A stretch of DNA of 57,973 nucleotides from an uncultured Clostridia bacterium (GTDB lineage: Bacteria > Bacillota > Clostridia > Christensenellales > UBA1242): contig CALWEY010000088.1 of assembly GCA_944377435.1 (NCBI GenBank), positions 1 to 57,973 on the forward strand, given 5' to 3'. Position 1 is the stretch's first letter, and the number at the start of each line of letters is the position of its first letter. The translations under genes were made by a program, and so were the position numbers. Below, one piece after another: positions 56,817-57,973 of the stretch. The notes under the pieces are model-generated. The model was not told the DNA's origin and did no database searches. It was given only the letters and a program-made list of their open reading frames with translations.

Positions 56817-57973
<1,157 letters not shown>

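Overview
Strongly AT-rich chromosomal segment read in the standard code (conserved genes are uninterrupted, so TGA is not recoded). It looks like an endospore-forming low-GC Firmicute. The evidence is spoIIID with a sigma-E-type promoter, a SpoIIQ-like M23 peptidase, a YwmB-like protein, glmU-like/pth/mfd/prsA-like synteny, a B. subtilis-type dnaB-dnaI pair, and rpoB-rpoC. Almost exactly half the window (23702-52757) is a two-gene operon for giant predicted lipoproteins of 6486 and 3192 aa. Both are built from Ig-like domains and repeated GLUG-type beta-helix modules. The operon has a perfect consensus sigma-A promoter bracketed by direct and inverted repeats, and it sits between spoIIID and rpoB, where conserved neighbours would be expected. 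This is my best candidate for the novel system. Other points of interest are listed below.
- About 2.5 tandem copies of a roughly 130-nt structured repeat with a fully covarying stem lie in the HD-gene/dnaI convergent spacer.
- A 410-nt noncoding leader precedes the HD-domain gene.
- rpoB carries an in-frame T14 homopolymer that replaces a conserved beta-subunit motif.
- The rpoB rifampicin pocket has Gln at the E. coli His526 position.
- A pilin-like plus VirB6-like membrane protein pair sits at the left edge.
I saw no rRNA, tRNA, CRISPR array, transposase or integrase. All homology statements come from motif recognition by eye, not from searches.
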